A stretch of 64,000 nucleotides of DNA from positions 62,001 to 126,000 of IMG/VR virus record IMGVR_UViG_3300031759_000004; one strand, 5' to 3'. Below the pieces are notes generated by a model. That model ran no database searches. It was not told the DNA's origin and saw nothing but the letters and a program-made list of their open reading frames with translations. How positions within the stretch are numbered: position 1 is the first letter of the stretch; the number at the start of each line of letters is the position of its first letter. Below, piece after piece: positions 9,248 through 17,990 of this stretch. A program made the translations under genes and the position numbers. The stretch comes from an uncultured virus (IMG/VR IMGVR_UViG_3300031759_000004). Taxonomy: Duplodnaviria; Heunggongvirae; Uroviricota; Caudoviricetes.

Positions 9248-10774
9248 ATGACTGACACACCTGTATTTTCTCTCGCCTACACTAGCGTGCGCCCCGCCAC
9301 CATACCGGAAGTGGTTAAGCTGTGGAACGAACGCTCAGTCAGCAAGAACCACGAATGGGTCATTTCTGTGGATCAGGATGACGACGCTTCATTCAAGGCA
9401 GCCCTGGCCGCGCTGGAATCGCATGACCGCAGTCTGGTGGTCGTAAACACCGGCAGTCCCGACTGCAACGCGGGCTGGAATGTCGCCTGCGCCTCCACGA
9501 CCGGCAAAGTGATCATCTGCGTGGCCGACGATTTCGTGCCGCCCCGCAACTGGGACGAACTGCTGTTGAGCCTGGAGCCGAAAGGCTGGGAGGACGGCGA
9601 GTACGTGGTCAAGGTCGAGGACGGCTACGTGCATGACATCTTCGTATTGTCCATCCTGACGCGCAAGCGCTACGAGCGGTTCGGCTACGTGTTTTACCCA
9701 AAATACCGGTCCATGTTCAACGACACAGAATTTGGCGACGTCGCCCGGCGTGACGGTGTGGTTATTAACGCCGACCATTTGCTGTTTGAGCATTTACATC
9801 CGGATTGCGGCAAGCGCAACCGCGACGACCACGACCGGTTACACGCGTCCAAGGAGCGTTGGAACGCGTCCCAGATGCTCTACAATTTCCGGAAGGCGCG
9901 CAACTTTCCGCTGGACGACGGCCCCAAGGCGCAGCAGGCCGCGCCGGAGCCGGTGAACGCCAAGACCACGTATGTCGCCTACATGCAGGTGACCAAGGAC
10001 GATCTCTGCCTGCTGGACGTCTGCCGACGCCTGATGACCGAGGGCGTGCAAGACTTCTGCTTCTGCGAGCCGGACCGCTACTGGTCCGGCGAGGCGATTG
10101 AACCGGCAGACACCGAGGCGCTGGCCAAGGTCATCGAGACGGTGAAAGCCGACGGCGCGACGGTGCATCACCGCAAGTTCCATGTGGAACAGTTTCAGGT
10201 CGCCCTCGATACCCGCATCCAGGTGGAGACGCGCGTGCGCAACGAGAGCCTGCGCTGGATACGCAGCCTGGGCTACCAGCACATCCTGGTTGTAGACGGT
10301 GACGAGCTGTGGATTCCGGGCACGCTGGGCCTGATCCAGAAATACGTGGAGCAGGGGCACAAAGCCATTGCCTGTCAGATGATTCCGGTCATCGGCTTCC
10401 CCGGCTACCCGGTGGACTTCGCCACGGACCTGGCGGTTGTCTACATCGGAGAGACGGTCACCTTTTCGTCCTGCCGCAGCCCCTACATCCCGCTGAGCCG
10501 CATTCCCCGGTCGCTGATCTACCACTTCACCGGCACTCGCCGGACGATGGAGGAAACCATCGCCAAGCATCGCCGGGGCGGCCATTACGACGACCCGGAC
10601 TACGATTTCGAGGGTTGGATCAAGGACGTGCTGCCCAACATCGCCCCCGGGCTGAAAAACGCCCACATGTTCAAGCCCAAACAAATCTGGCCCACCGTGC
10701 GGGCCTGGAAAAAGCAGGAGCTGGAGCAGATGCCCGAAGCCGTCCGCGCTTTTCTCGGAACAATCGCCGTTTAA
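9248..10774 (+). CDS. Two-domain GT-A (GT2-like) glycosyltransferase
   Basis: 'ICVADDF' and 'ILVVDGDE' DxD-type motifs, 'FNDTEF', 'LFEHLHP'. Confidence 0.8.
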   Translation: MTDTPVFSLAYTSVRPATIPEVVKLWNERSVSKNHEWVISVDQDDDASFKAALAALESHDRSLVVVNTGSPDCNAGWNVACASTTGKVIICVADDFVPPRNWDELLLSLEPKGWEDGEYVVKVEDGYVHDIFVLSILTRKRYERFGYVFYPKYRSMFNDTEFGDVARRDGVVINADHLLFEHLHPDCGKRNRDDHDRLHASKERWNASQMLYNFRKARNFPLDDGPKAQQAAPEPVNAKTTYVAYMQVTKDDLCLLDVCRRLMTEGVQDFCFCEPDRYWSGEAIEPADTEALAKVIETVKADGATVHHRKFHVEQFQVALDTRIQVETRVRNESLRWIRSLGYQHILVVDGDELWIPGTLGLIQKYVEQGHKAIACQMIPVIGFPGYPVDFATDLAVVYIGETVTFSSCRSPYIPLSRIPRSLIYHFTGTRRTMEETIAKHRRGGHYDDPDYDFEGWIKDVLPNIAPGLKNAHMFKPKQIWPTVRAWKKQELEQMPEAVRAFLGTIAV

Positions 10775-10792
10775 CCCTGTTCTCTTTCTGGA

Positions 10793-12031
10793 ATGAAGCT
10801 ACCGATCAACACCCAGTGGGTCATCGCCACCGTCAAAGAACCGGTCATTTTCCAGCAAACGCTCGACGAAGCGTGGCTGCTGAATCCCAACCGGCGCTAC
10901 ATCCTGAACGCCAACCGGCTGGAAACCATCGAGCCGTTCCTGGACACCGTGTCTGAGTTTGAGTGTTCGTCCTTGTACCACCGGCTGCACGGCAAAGCCG
11001 ATCTCTGCGGCGGCAAGCTGCTGGTGGAGCGCTGCCGGGAGCGCGGCCTGGGCGACCTGCTCTTTCTGACCGGCGTCCTGGGCTACCTCCAGCACATCTC
11101 CAGCAACAACGTGCAGATTGACCTGATGGGCTTCGCCGACCGTGGCGTCGTGCTGACGCACAGCCCGCTGATCAGCAACGGCTGCGTCAAGTGCGGGCCG
11201 GTGGAGTACGACGCCCTGCGCCACTACAATTACCACTGGTTTGTCAATTCCGTGACCGAGCAGGACACGGAGCAGGATCAGCTGAATGTCTACGACGCCC
11301 TGTACCAGCAGCTGGGCTTCGACTACACCCAGATCGAGCCGCGCTGGAAGCGTCCCACCGCTGTGTTGAAACAAGAGGACTACCTGAGCCTGGACGCGTT
11401 TTTCCGCCGGGTGATGGACGGGGTGAAAGTGGACCTGCGCCACATCGGCTACATCGTGGTCGCGCCGTTTTCCAATTCCAATCTGCGCTGCTTGAGCTAC
11501 ACCCAGTGGCTGAACGTCATCAGCCTGCTGGCCACGCGCCGCCCGGTGGTGGTGGTCGGCACCGCCACCATGCGCCTGCCGGACACGGACATCAGCGCCG
11601 GGGAATTTATCCAGCGCCTGGGCCAGTTCGGCCAGGCCGTGGTCAACGCCGTGGACAGCACCAACACCCGCGCCCTGATGGCGCTGATTTCCCGGGCGTC
11701 CGCCGTGGTCTGCCTGGATTCCGCGCCGCTGTACATCGCCCAGGCGCTGAACACCCCGGCGGTCTCCCTGTGGGGCACCCACCATCCCGCAGCGCGGATC
11801 GGTTACGACCAGCGGTACATGGAGTGGGCCATCTGGCACGGCGACGCCTGCCGCTGCGCGCCCTGCTTCGCCTACAGCTATTTTCCGTACGACAAGTGCC
11901 CGAAAGGCCGTCAGCAGCAGGTGTGCGAAGTCATGCTGGACATCGACGCCCAGGAGGTTCTGAACAAAGTAGACGAAATCCTAGCCACGCCGACGAGCTT
12001 AACCAGCCTGACGGTGCCCCACCATGCCTAA
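10793..12031 (+). CDS. GT9 (ADP-heptose:LPS heptosyltransferase-like) glycosyltransferase
   Basis: 'GLGDLL', 'VVCLDSAPLYIAQALNTPAVSLWGT', 'CRCAPC...C...CEVMLDI'. Confidence 0.85.
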   Translation: MKLPINTQWVIATVKEPVIFQQTLDEAWLLNPNRRYILNANRLETIEPFLDTVSEFECSSLYHRLHGKADLCGGKLLVERCRERGLGDLLFLTGVLGYLQHISSNNVQIDLMGFADRGVVLTHSPLISNGCVKCGPVEYDALRHYNYHWFVNSVTEQDTEQDQLNVYDALYQQLGFDYTQIEPRWKRPTAVLKQEDYLSLDAFFRRVMDGVKVDLRHIGYIVVAPFSNSNLRCLSYTQWLNVISLLATRRPVVVVGTATMRLPDTDISAGEFIQRLGQFGQAVVNAVDSTNTRALMALISRASAVVCLDSAPLYIAQALNTPAVSLWGTHHPAARIGYDQRYMEWAIWHGDACRCAPCFAYSYFPYDKCPKGRQQQVCEVMLDIDAQEVLNKVDEILATPTSLTSLTVPHHA

Positions 12032-12476
12032 AGCCCCCGAGCCGCTCATTGACCACCTCCACCTGGCGGGACGGGTCATACCCATCACGGACCTGCTGAC
12101 CGCGCCCTACGAGGATGTCACCGAGGCCAGCCTGAAGCTGCCGGTGGTCCTGGCTTTTCTGGGCATTCAGCGGGCCTGGGCCGTGGAGCGCTGCTGGCGG
12201 GCCGAGCGTGACCTGGACCGGGCCAAGGCGCGCGCCTACTTCGATCTCAAGGGCGGCCAGTTTGTGGCCAAGGGCTACGGCGAAAAGTTCACCGAAGAGG
12301 CGATCAAGCGCGCGGTGGAGCTGGAGCCAGATGTAGACAAAGCCTTCGAGGTCTACGTCGACCGCAAGCGCCGCCTGGACTCGTTTACGGAAACCATCGC
12401 GGCCCTCAAACTCAAAATTGATTTAATCCGTTCTAGCGAAACAACACGACGCAAGGCCGCAGAAGAGGACCTCTGA
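12024..12476 (+). CDS. uvsY: Recombination mediator, UvsY-like
   Basis: 150-aa coiled coil with 'KFTEEAIKRAVELEPD'; position before SSB and RecA. Confidence 0.6.
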   Translation: MPKAPEPLIDHLHLAGRVIPITDLLTAPYEDVTEASLKLPVVLAFLGIQRAWAVERCWRAERDLDRAKARAYFDLKGGQFVAKGYGEKFTEEAIKRAVELEPDVDKAFEVYVDRKRRLDSFTETIAALKLKIDLIRSSETTRRKAAEEDL

Positions 12477-12513
12477 GGCCGTCGTACAACTGAAACATAC
12501 AGACACAAACACA

Positions 12514-13980
12514 ATGAGCAACAACCTAGACCCCAAAATCCTGGCCAAGCTGAACAAAGAATCAGCGTTCATCCAGAGCCAGCAGCGCGGTGCGCGCCAG
12601 ATCAAGATCGAGAAAGGCCAAACTATCGTGGTGCGCTTCCTGCCCGCCCGCATGGGACCCTCCGGCGTGTGGTACGCCCGCGTGGCCAATCACTGGCTGG
12701 ATCGCCGTCCCCTCACCTGCCCCCGCCTGACGGATGAAGACTGGGGCGGCAACCAGGACACCGAGTGTCCGATCTGCACCCTGGCGGACCAGCTTAACGA
12801 CGACCATGACGAAGTGGTCAGCAAGTGGGGCTGGAACCTCAAGGCCAATCCGCAGTACATGACCTATTGCGTGCTGCTGGAAAAGAACGGCAGGCAAATG
12901 AGCATGGACGAGATCATGATCCCGTACGTGTTCAACCTGAACAAGTCGGTGTTTGAGGAGCTGCACGCCTTTTACGTGGCCGGTGGCCGCAAGTCGAAGG
13001 ACAGTGTGCTTGACTACCACAAAGGCAATGACTTCAGCGTCATGCGCACGCAGACCCGCACCCGGCTGGACAAGCTGGACAGCCTGCCTATTTTTGACGA
13101 GGACGCCAGCTTCGACTCCCACATCAAAAAACTGGAAGCGTTGCTCAAGGAGCCGCGTATCAAGCTGCCCACGGACCAGGAGATGGAAGCGTTTCTGCTC
13201 AAGGCCGAAGCCGCCAGCCGCAAGATCGGCCAGGGCGACTCCGACGCGGTGCGTCCGCGCCGCCGGGCGGCTGATGAAGACGAAGCTCCCCGTGGCCGCC
13301 GGGCCGCTGATGACGATGACGATGCTCCCCGTGGCCGCCGGGCTGCTGATCCGGAAGAGGAAGCTCCCCGGGGTCGCCGCGCCCCCGACCCGGAAGGTGA
13401 TCCGGAAAGTGAGGCTCCTCGTCGTCGCCGGGATGACGATGACGATGCTCCCCGTGGCCGCCGGGCCGACGCCGAGGAGGAAGCCCCGCGCCGCCGTCGC
13501 GAGGACGATGACGAGGAAGCTCCTCGCCGCCGGTCAGCTGCCACAGAGACGTCCACGCGCAGCGCCAAGACCCGCCAGGATGACGATGACGATGACGGTG
13601 ATCTAGGCCCGCAGCGCAAGCCTAAGAATCCGCCGCCGGAAGCTGAAGACCCGGACCCGGAACCGGATGCTGGCCGGGACGCTGACCCGGAAGGGGCTGA
13701 CGAGGGCAAACCGGAAAAAGACCCAGAGGACGATCCGCGTCCCGCTGGGCGCAAATTGACGTCTCCAGCCAACCGGGCACGCGCCGAGGGCGGCAAATCC
13801 CAGTCAGTTGAGGATGAAGATGAAAACCTGCCCGAGGAGGAACGGGATTCAGCTCCGCCAGCCAAGGAGCCGGTCGGCGGCAAGAGCGAGGGCGGTGAAC
13901 CGCCGCCGCCGGTGAGCCGTACCGGTAAAAACGCTGAAGCGCTCCGCAGCCGCCTCACCAACCTGGGCAAAAATAAATGA
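12514..13980 (+). CDS. gp32: Single-stranded DNA-binding protein, T4 gp32-like, with very long charged C-tail
   Basis: 'IVVRFLPA', Zn ligands 'H..TCP...CPIC', 'DYHKGNDF'; between UvsY and UvsX. Confidence 0.8.
   Translation: MSNNLDPKILAKLNKESAFIQSQQRGARQIKIEKGQTIVVRFLPARMGPSGVWYARVANHWLDRRPLTCPRLTDEDWGGNQDTECPICTLADQLNDDHDEVVSKWGWNLKANPQYMTYCVLLEKNGRQMSMDEIMIPYVFNLNKSVFEELHAFYVAGGRKSKDSVLDYHKGNDFSVMRTQTRTRLDKLDSLPIFDEDASFDSHIKKLEALLKEPRIKLPTDQEMEAFLLKAEAASRKIGQGDSDAVRPRRRAADEDEAPRGRRAADDDDDAPRGRRAADPEEEAPRGRRAPDPEGDPESEAPRRRRDDDDDAPRGRRADAEEEAPRRRREDDDEEAPRRRSAATETSTRSAKTRQDDDDDDGDLGPQRKPKNPPPEAEDPDPEPDAGRDADPEGADEGKPEKDPEDDPRPAGRKLTSPANRARAEGGKSQSVEDEDENLPEEERDSAPPAKEPVGGKSEGGEPPPPVSRTGKNAEALRSRLTNLGKNK
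13255..13535 (+). repeat. Imperfect coding repeats, (D/E)n-APRGRRA units in the SSB tail
   Basis: GCTCCCCGTGGCCGCCGGGC recurs; about eight acidic/basic blocks. Confidence 0.85.
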
Positions 13981-15302
13981 GTAAGAAAGCACCCAGTCTT
14001 GATCCCCAGGACGAGCTGTTCAACTCGTTGTCCAGCACGAGCCACGGGGATCAAATGTGGGACGTGTGTTATACCGACGAGGAAACGCTGTCCCAGGTTG
14101 ATTACTCATTGTCCACCGGCATCGACGCGTTCGACGAAATTGTCGGCGGCATGCCGTTTGGCCGCATCGTGGAAATCTACGGCCTGGAAAGCTCCGGTAA
14201 GACAGCCATGTCGATCCGGTGCGCCGCCCGCGCCCGGCAGAAGCACATTCGCAGGCTGATCCGGGACGACGACAACAAGCTGGTTGGCTTCGAGGAGGTT
14301 GACCCGGCCACCGTGGATACGATGGTTTTCTACATCGACAATGAAGGTTCCCTGGACATGGACGGCAAGGTCACCTTTGAGGGTGAGGCCATCAAGTTCG
14401 TGAACTTTCGGTGCGACACCACGGAGAACATGTTCAAGTCCCTCGACAAGTGCCTGGACAGCGCCGAGAAGTGGAAAGCCAAATACCCCAAGCGCACCCT
14501 GTTCACGCTGATGATCGTGGATACGATTGCCAGCACGGTCACCAACAAGGAGCTGAACGCGGACTGGGACGCCCAGGACTTTCCGCGCGCCCCGCAGCAG
14601 ATCAGTCGCGGCCTGGCCAGGTTGGTCCGCCGGATCAACACGCTCAACGCATGCTTGATCTGCACCAACCAGGTGCGTTCCACGTTCAAGCAGGGTCCGT
14701 CCAAGCGCCCCACGTTCGCGATTGACCCCAAGGACTACAAATCGAGCGGCGGCTTCGCGCTGCGGTTCTACGCCAGCCACCGGGTGTTCTTCTGGGCCAT
14801 GGACGCCAAGTACAAGCTGCTGCCGACGGCCAAGTTCTCCGCCGGTTTTCAGCTGGGCTTCCACACGTCCAAAAACCGGATCAAGCCACCGCTGCGCGAG
14901 GGCCGCATGGTGCTGCTGACCGACCCCAAGCAGGGCGGCCTTAACGACGCCTGGAGTCGCCTGGAGACGATGCTGTTCCTGGGCTTCATCGAGTGCCGGG
15001 CCAAGGAAAAAGGCGTCGGCTTCGTGCTGAAATTCAACAAAAACGGCATCACGCCGACGACGTTCGGAGCGGCGGCCACAACCACCACCCTGGACGAAGA
15101 TGATGACCTGCCGACACCCCGCCGGGGCGGCAGCCGCAAGGACCCGGAATTCAAGTACCGGAGCGAGTGGCCGCAGTTCATGGCGGAGCACCAGGCTGAC
15201 GTAGACTTATTGTGGAAGGCAGCGATTGCCTTCTGCGACAACACGCCGGGCCTGGACGGCAGCATCTGTTTGGAAGAGGAAGAAGAGGAACTTAACACTT
15301 AA
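13977..15302 (+). CDS. uvsX: RecA/UvsX recombinase
   Basis: 'STGIDAFDEIVGGMPFGRIVEIYGLESSGKT', 'YIDNEGS', 'IVDTIAS', 'ICTNQVR', 'GGFALRFYAS'. Confidence 0.92.
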   Translation: MSKKAPSLDPQDELFNSLSSTSHGDQMWDVCYTDEETLSQVDYSLSTGIDAFDEIVGGMPFGRIVEIYGLESSGKTAMSIRCAARARQKHIRRLIRDDDNKLVGFEEVDPATVDTMVFYIDNEGSLDMDGKVTFEGEAIKFVNFRCDTTENMFKSLDKCLDSAEKWKAKYPKRTLFTLMIVDTIASTVTNKELNADWDAQDFPRAPQQISRGLARLVRRINTLNACLICTNQVRSTFKQGPSKRPTFAIDPKDYKSSGGFALRFYASHRVFFWAMDAKYKLLPTAKFSAGFQLGFHTSKNRIKPPLREGRMVLLTDPKQGGLNDAWSRLETMLFLGFIECRAKEKGVGFVLKFNKNGITPTTFGAAATTTTLDEDDDLPTPRRGGSRKDPEFKYRSEWPQFMAEHQADVDLLWKAAIAFCDNTPGLDGSICLEEEEEELNT

Positions 15303-15309
15303 AATTACT

Positions 15310-16014
15310 ATGGCAACAACTACTGAGTACTCAACGGAGAAGGAATTGACGGACCTTTTAGAGTCCGTTTTGGCAAAACAAGAGCTGCTACTGAGCAGCC
15401 TTACCAACGAGGAAGTGGAGATCAAGGCGGTCTTTTACATCAAGACCGACGAAGAGGGCGAGACCAAGCCCAGCGCGGGCGCGCCGGTCAAGCTGCGCAA
15501 AATCAGTCCCGAGTTCAAGCTGTTCATGAAGGACAAGCCGGACTTCATCCTGATTTTCGATTATCACGCCTGGAAGCACGTGTCGCCTGAAAAACGGGAA
15601 CCCATGATCCATGAAACGCTGCGGCGCATCAGCGTGGAGCGCAACCAGGCGGGCGCGCTCAAGCTGCGGACGCTGCCGCACGCCATTCAGACCGACATCG
15701 CCACGGCCCAATGTTATGGGGCCTGGAATCCAGCTCTAGTGCAGATGAAAGACGCGCTGCGGCAGCGCTTGATGCCCTACGGCACGAGCGAGAACGACGA
15801 CCCGGAGGCGTACAACCACCTGGCCGGTAAGGTCAAAAAGCCGACCGAAGAACCGGCGGCGGAGACAAGCGAAACGGCGGAAGCCGAAGTCGCGGCGGCG
15901 GAAGCGGGCGAAGCGGCGGAAGCCGCCGAGGAAGCCGCGCCGGAAAAAGAGACGCTGCCCACCCGCACCAACCGCCGTCGGCGGCCTGCCGTGGGGCAGG
16001 AAGAGGCGGATTGA
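15310..16014 (+). CDS. Putative phage metallopeptidase-like protein, HExxH degenerate (HETLR)
   Basis: 'DFILIFDYHAW....REPMIHETLRRI...LPHAI....YGAW' resembles the phage metallopeptidase pattern; acidic tail. Confidence 0.5.
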   Translation: MATTTEYSTEKELTDLLESVLAKQELLLSSLTNEEVEIKAVFYIKTDEEGETKPSAGAPVKLRKISPEFKLFMKDKPDFILIFDYHAWKHVSPEKREPMIHETLRRISVERNQAGALKLRTLPHAIQTDIATAQCYGAWNPALVQMKDALRQRLMPYGTSENDDPEAYNHLAGKVKKPTEEPAAETSETAEAEVAAAEAGEAAEAAEEAAPEKETLPTRTNRRRRPAVGQEEAD

Positions 16015-16054
16015 GGCTCGATAAAAATTTTTGAGTACTTTTGTACGATTTTTG

Positions 16055-16083
16055 TTGAAACCTCTGATCCTAAGCTGTATACC
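16055..16083 (+). promoter_or_regulatory. Probable sigma70-type promoter upstream of the sigma-factor operon
   Basis: TTGAAA-17 nt-TATACC with AT-rich upstream tract. Confidence 0.5.
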
Positions 16084-16168
16084 TAAGACCAGTTAATAAA
16101 CACTGTACCTGGAACGGCAACCTGTCATTTCTTTGCTACGTTGCCGTTCGCTTTTAAGCCTTAACATT

Positions 16169-16993
16169 ATGCCCACTGATCTGACTGCGGGATGGTACCG
16201 TCGGGTAAACGACGTACTACGGGAAGAACCCCAACTGAGCACAAGCTTGTGCAAAGAAACCGAAACCGTGCAAGACGGCAGCCCGAACGGCACCGACTAC
16301 TCCAAAACGGTTTGTGACCTCACCCGGGCGATCTATCGCTCCGGCAAAGACGTGCCCAAGCTGACCAAGCAGCAAATCATTGGCAGCGCCACCAGTGTGT
16401 TGATACTGGATACGCCGCTGCCGGTCGTCAGGGAACTGATGCAAAAGCCAGTTCCCGTGCGCAGCGCTGAACCCAAGAAAACAGCGCCCGCCAAACCCAA
16501 GCCGCCGGAAAAACCCGTCAGCCCTCGCCCAAAAGTAGAACCTTCTGAACCCAAGCCCGCCGCCAAAGTTGAACCCAAGCCGGTCGTCAAGGCGGAGGTC
16601 AAACCCGAACTCAAGCCGCTCAACCGCCCGGCGGAACCGGCTCCAGCCAAGCCCGCCCCGGCTAAACCGGTCCCGGCTAAGCCCGCACCGGCGGCAGCCG
16701 CCGTAGTCCGCGAAAGCGAGGACACGGACGTGGAGGCCAAACCTGCGCCCAAGACGGCGCTGTCCAAGCCCATCAAGTCAGGCACCAAGCCCAGCACTGA
16801 CGAAATCACCTACATCCGGGACAAGATACCTTACATTCCCGGGCTGACCATCATCAACAATCTGCACGCCATCATGCTCTTGATGGAACCGTACGTCCGG
16901 CGCGGGGACAAAGTGGCCGCCGATCTAAACGACGAATTTGCCACCTTGATCGACAAAGTTTACGTCCTCGTTACCCTACCTTCCGGTGGCTAA
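16169..16993 (+). CDS. Hypothetical protein with Pro/Lys/Ala-rich linker
   Basis: ATG 16169; PAKP repeats; overlaps next gene. Confidence 0.7.
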   Translation: MPTDLTAGWYRRVNDVLREEPQLSTSLCKETETVQDGSPNGTDYSKTVCDLTRAIYRSGKDVPKLTKQQIIGSATSVLILDTPLPVVRELMQKPVPVRSAEPKKTAPAKPKPPEKPVSPRPKVEPSEPKPAAKVEPKPVVKAEVKPELKPLNRPAEPAPAKPAPAKPVPAKPAPAAAAVVRESEDTDVEAKPAPKTALSKPIKSGTKPSTDEITYIRDKIPYIPGLTIINNLHAIMLLMEPYVRRGDKVAADLNDEFATLIDKVYVLVTLPSGG

Positions 16994-17990
16994 GAAAGCA
17001 TCCAATCCCGTCGACGGCGAGCACATCTTTCCGGCGAGCAAATTAACGCCTTTGGCGGTCCAGTGGAAGCAGTTGAATGCCACGGGCCGTCACAAAGAGG
17101 CCATGCTCGTCCTGGAAGAGATCGTCATCGGTTCCACGGCCATGTTTCAACGCCTGGCCCAATTTGAAGACTTCCACTACACGGTGGACCTCCCGATCCT
17201 GGTCAGCGCGGCCCAGGAGAAGGTGATCAAGTGGCTGGCCAAATGGCAGCCCAAGAAAGGCAAGCTTTTCTCCTGGTTCAGCAAGTGCGCCAAGAACGCG
17301 TTCAAATCCGAGCTGGTCAAGGTCAACCAGTACCGCAAGCGCTATCATGTCACCAGCGAGCACCTGGAGAAGTTTTACGGCGTCGAAGACCACGAAGTCA
17401 ACAAGCACGACCTGTCCCTGGAAGTGCGCAAGCGGATCACCGACATCATCTGTCGCTGGTCCGACCCGCAGATCATCGGCGCGCTGCGCTTCTCCCTGGA
17501 GTGCATCGTCGAGGACGAGCACGACCGCCAGGCGGTGGTGCGCTCGGCGGCTTACGCCTACTGTCTCAGCCTGGAATTCAGCAAGTACCTGTACGAGTGG
17601 TGTACGGTGGCCTTGCGCACGGCGTTTTACGACAAAGCCTATATTCCGTACACGGAGTACGAGCTGCTGATGGCGGCGGAGAGCTTCACCTTTCTTCCCG
17701 ACCTGTTCAACATCATCGGCATCGAAAAGGGCAAGGAAGTGCTGGCCATTTTTGGCGGCCACCGGATCAAATTTCCAACCTTGCAGGCCGTGGCCCTGCT
17801 GGTTGAGAAACAAAAAATAGCCCGCGACATCGAGCGCAGCGATCAGGACCCCGATGCCGTCGTGGAGGTGGCGCGCAAATATAAACGGACCCAGCGCGCC
17901 GCCGAACAGATATTCAACGAAATGTTAGAAATAAGAGACCCCCGACGTTATGGCGAATATGGCGTTTTCGACGAAGATTCCGGACAGTGA
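16986..17990 (+). CDS. Sigma-factor-like protein (gp55-like region 2) with C-terminal Mor-like HTH
   Basis: 'KWQPKKGKLFSWFSKCAKNAF' resembles sigma region 2.3-2.4; 'IFGGHRIKFPT' and 'EVARKYKRTQRAAEQI' resemble Mor-family activators. Confidence 0.65.
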   Translation: MAKKASNPVDGEHIFPASKLTPLAVQWKQLNATGRHKEAMLVLEEIVIGSTAMFQRLAQFEDFHYTVDLPILVSAAQEKVIKWLAKWQPKKGKLFSWFSKCAKNAFKSELVKVNQYRKRYHVTSEHLEKFYGVEDHEVNKHDLSLEVRKRITDIICRWSDPQIIGALRFSLECIVEDEHDRQAVVRSAAYAYCLSLEFSKYLYEWCTVALRTAFYDKAYIPYTEYELLMAAESFTFLPDLFNIIGIEKGKEVLAIFGGHRIKFPTLQAVALLVEKQKIARDIERSDQDPDAVVEVARKYKRTQRAAEQIFNEMLEIRDPRRYGEYGVFDEDSGQ

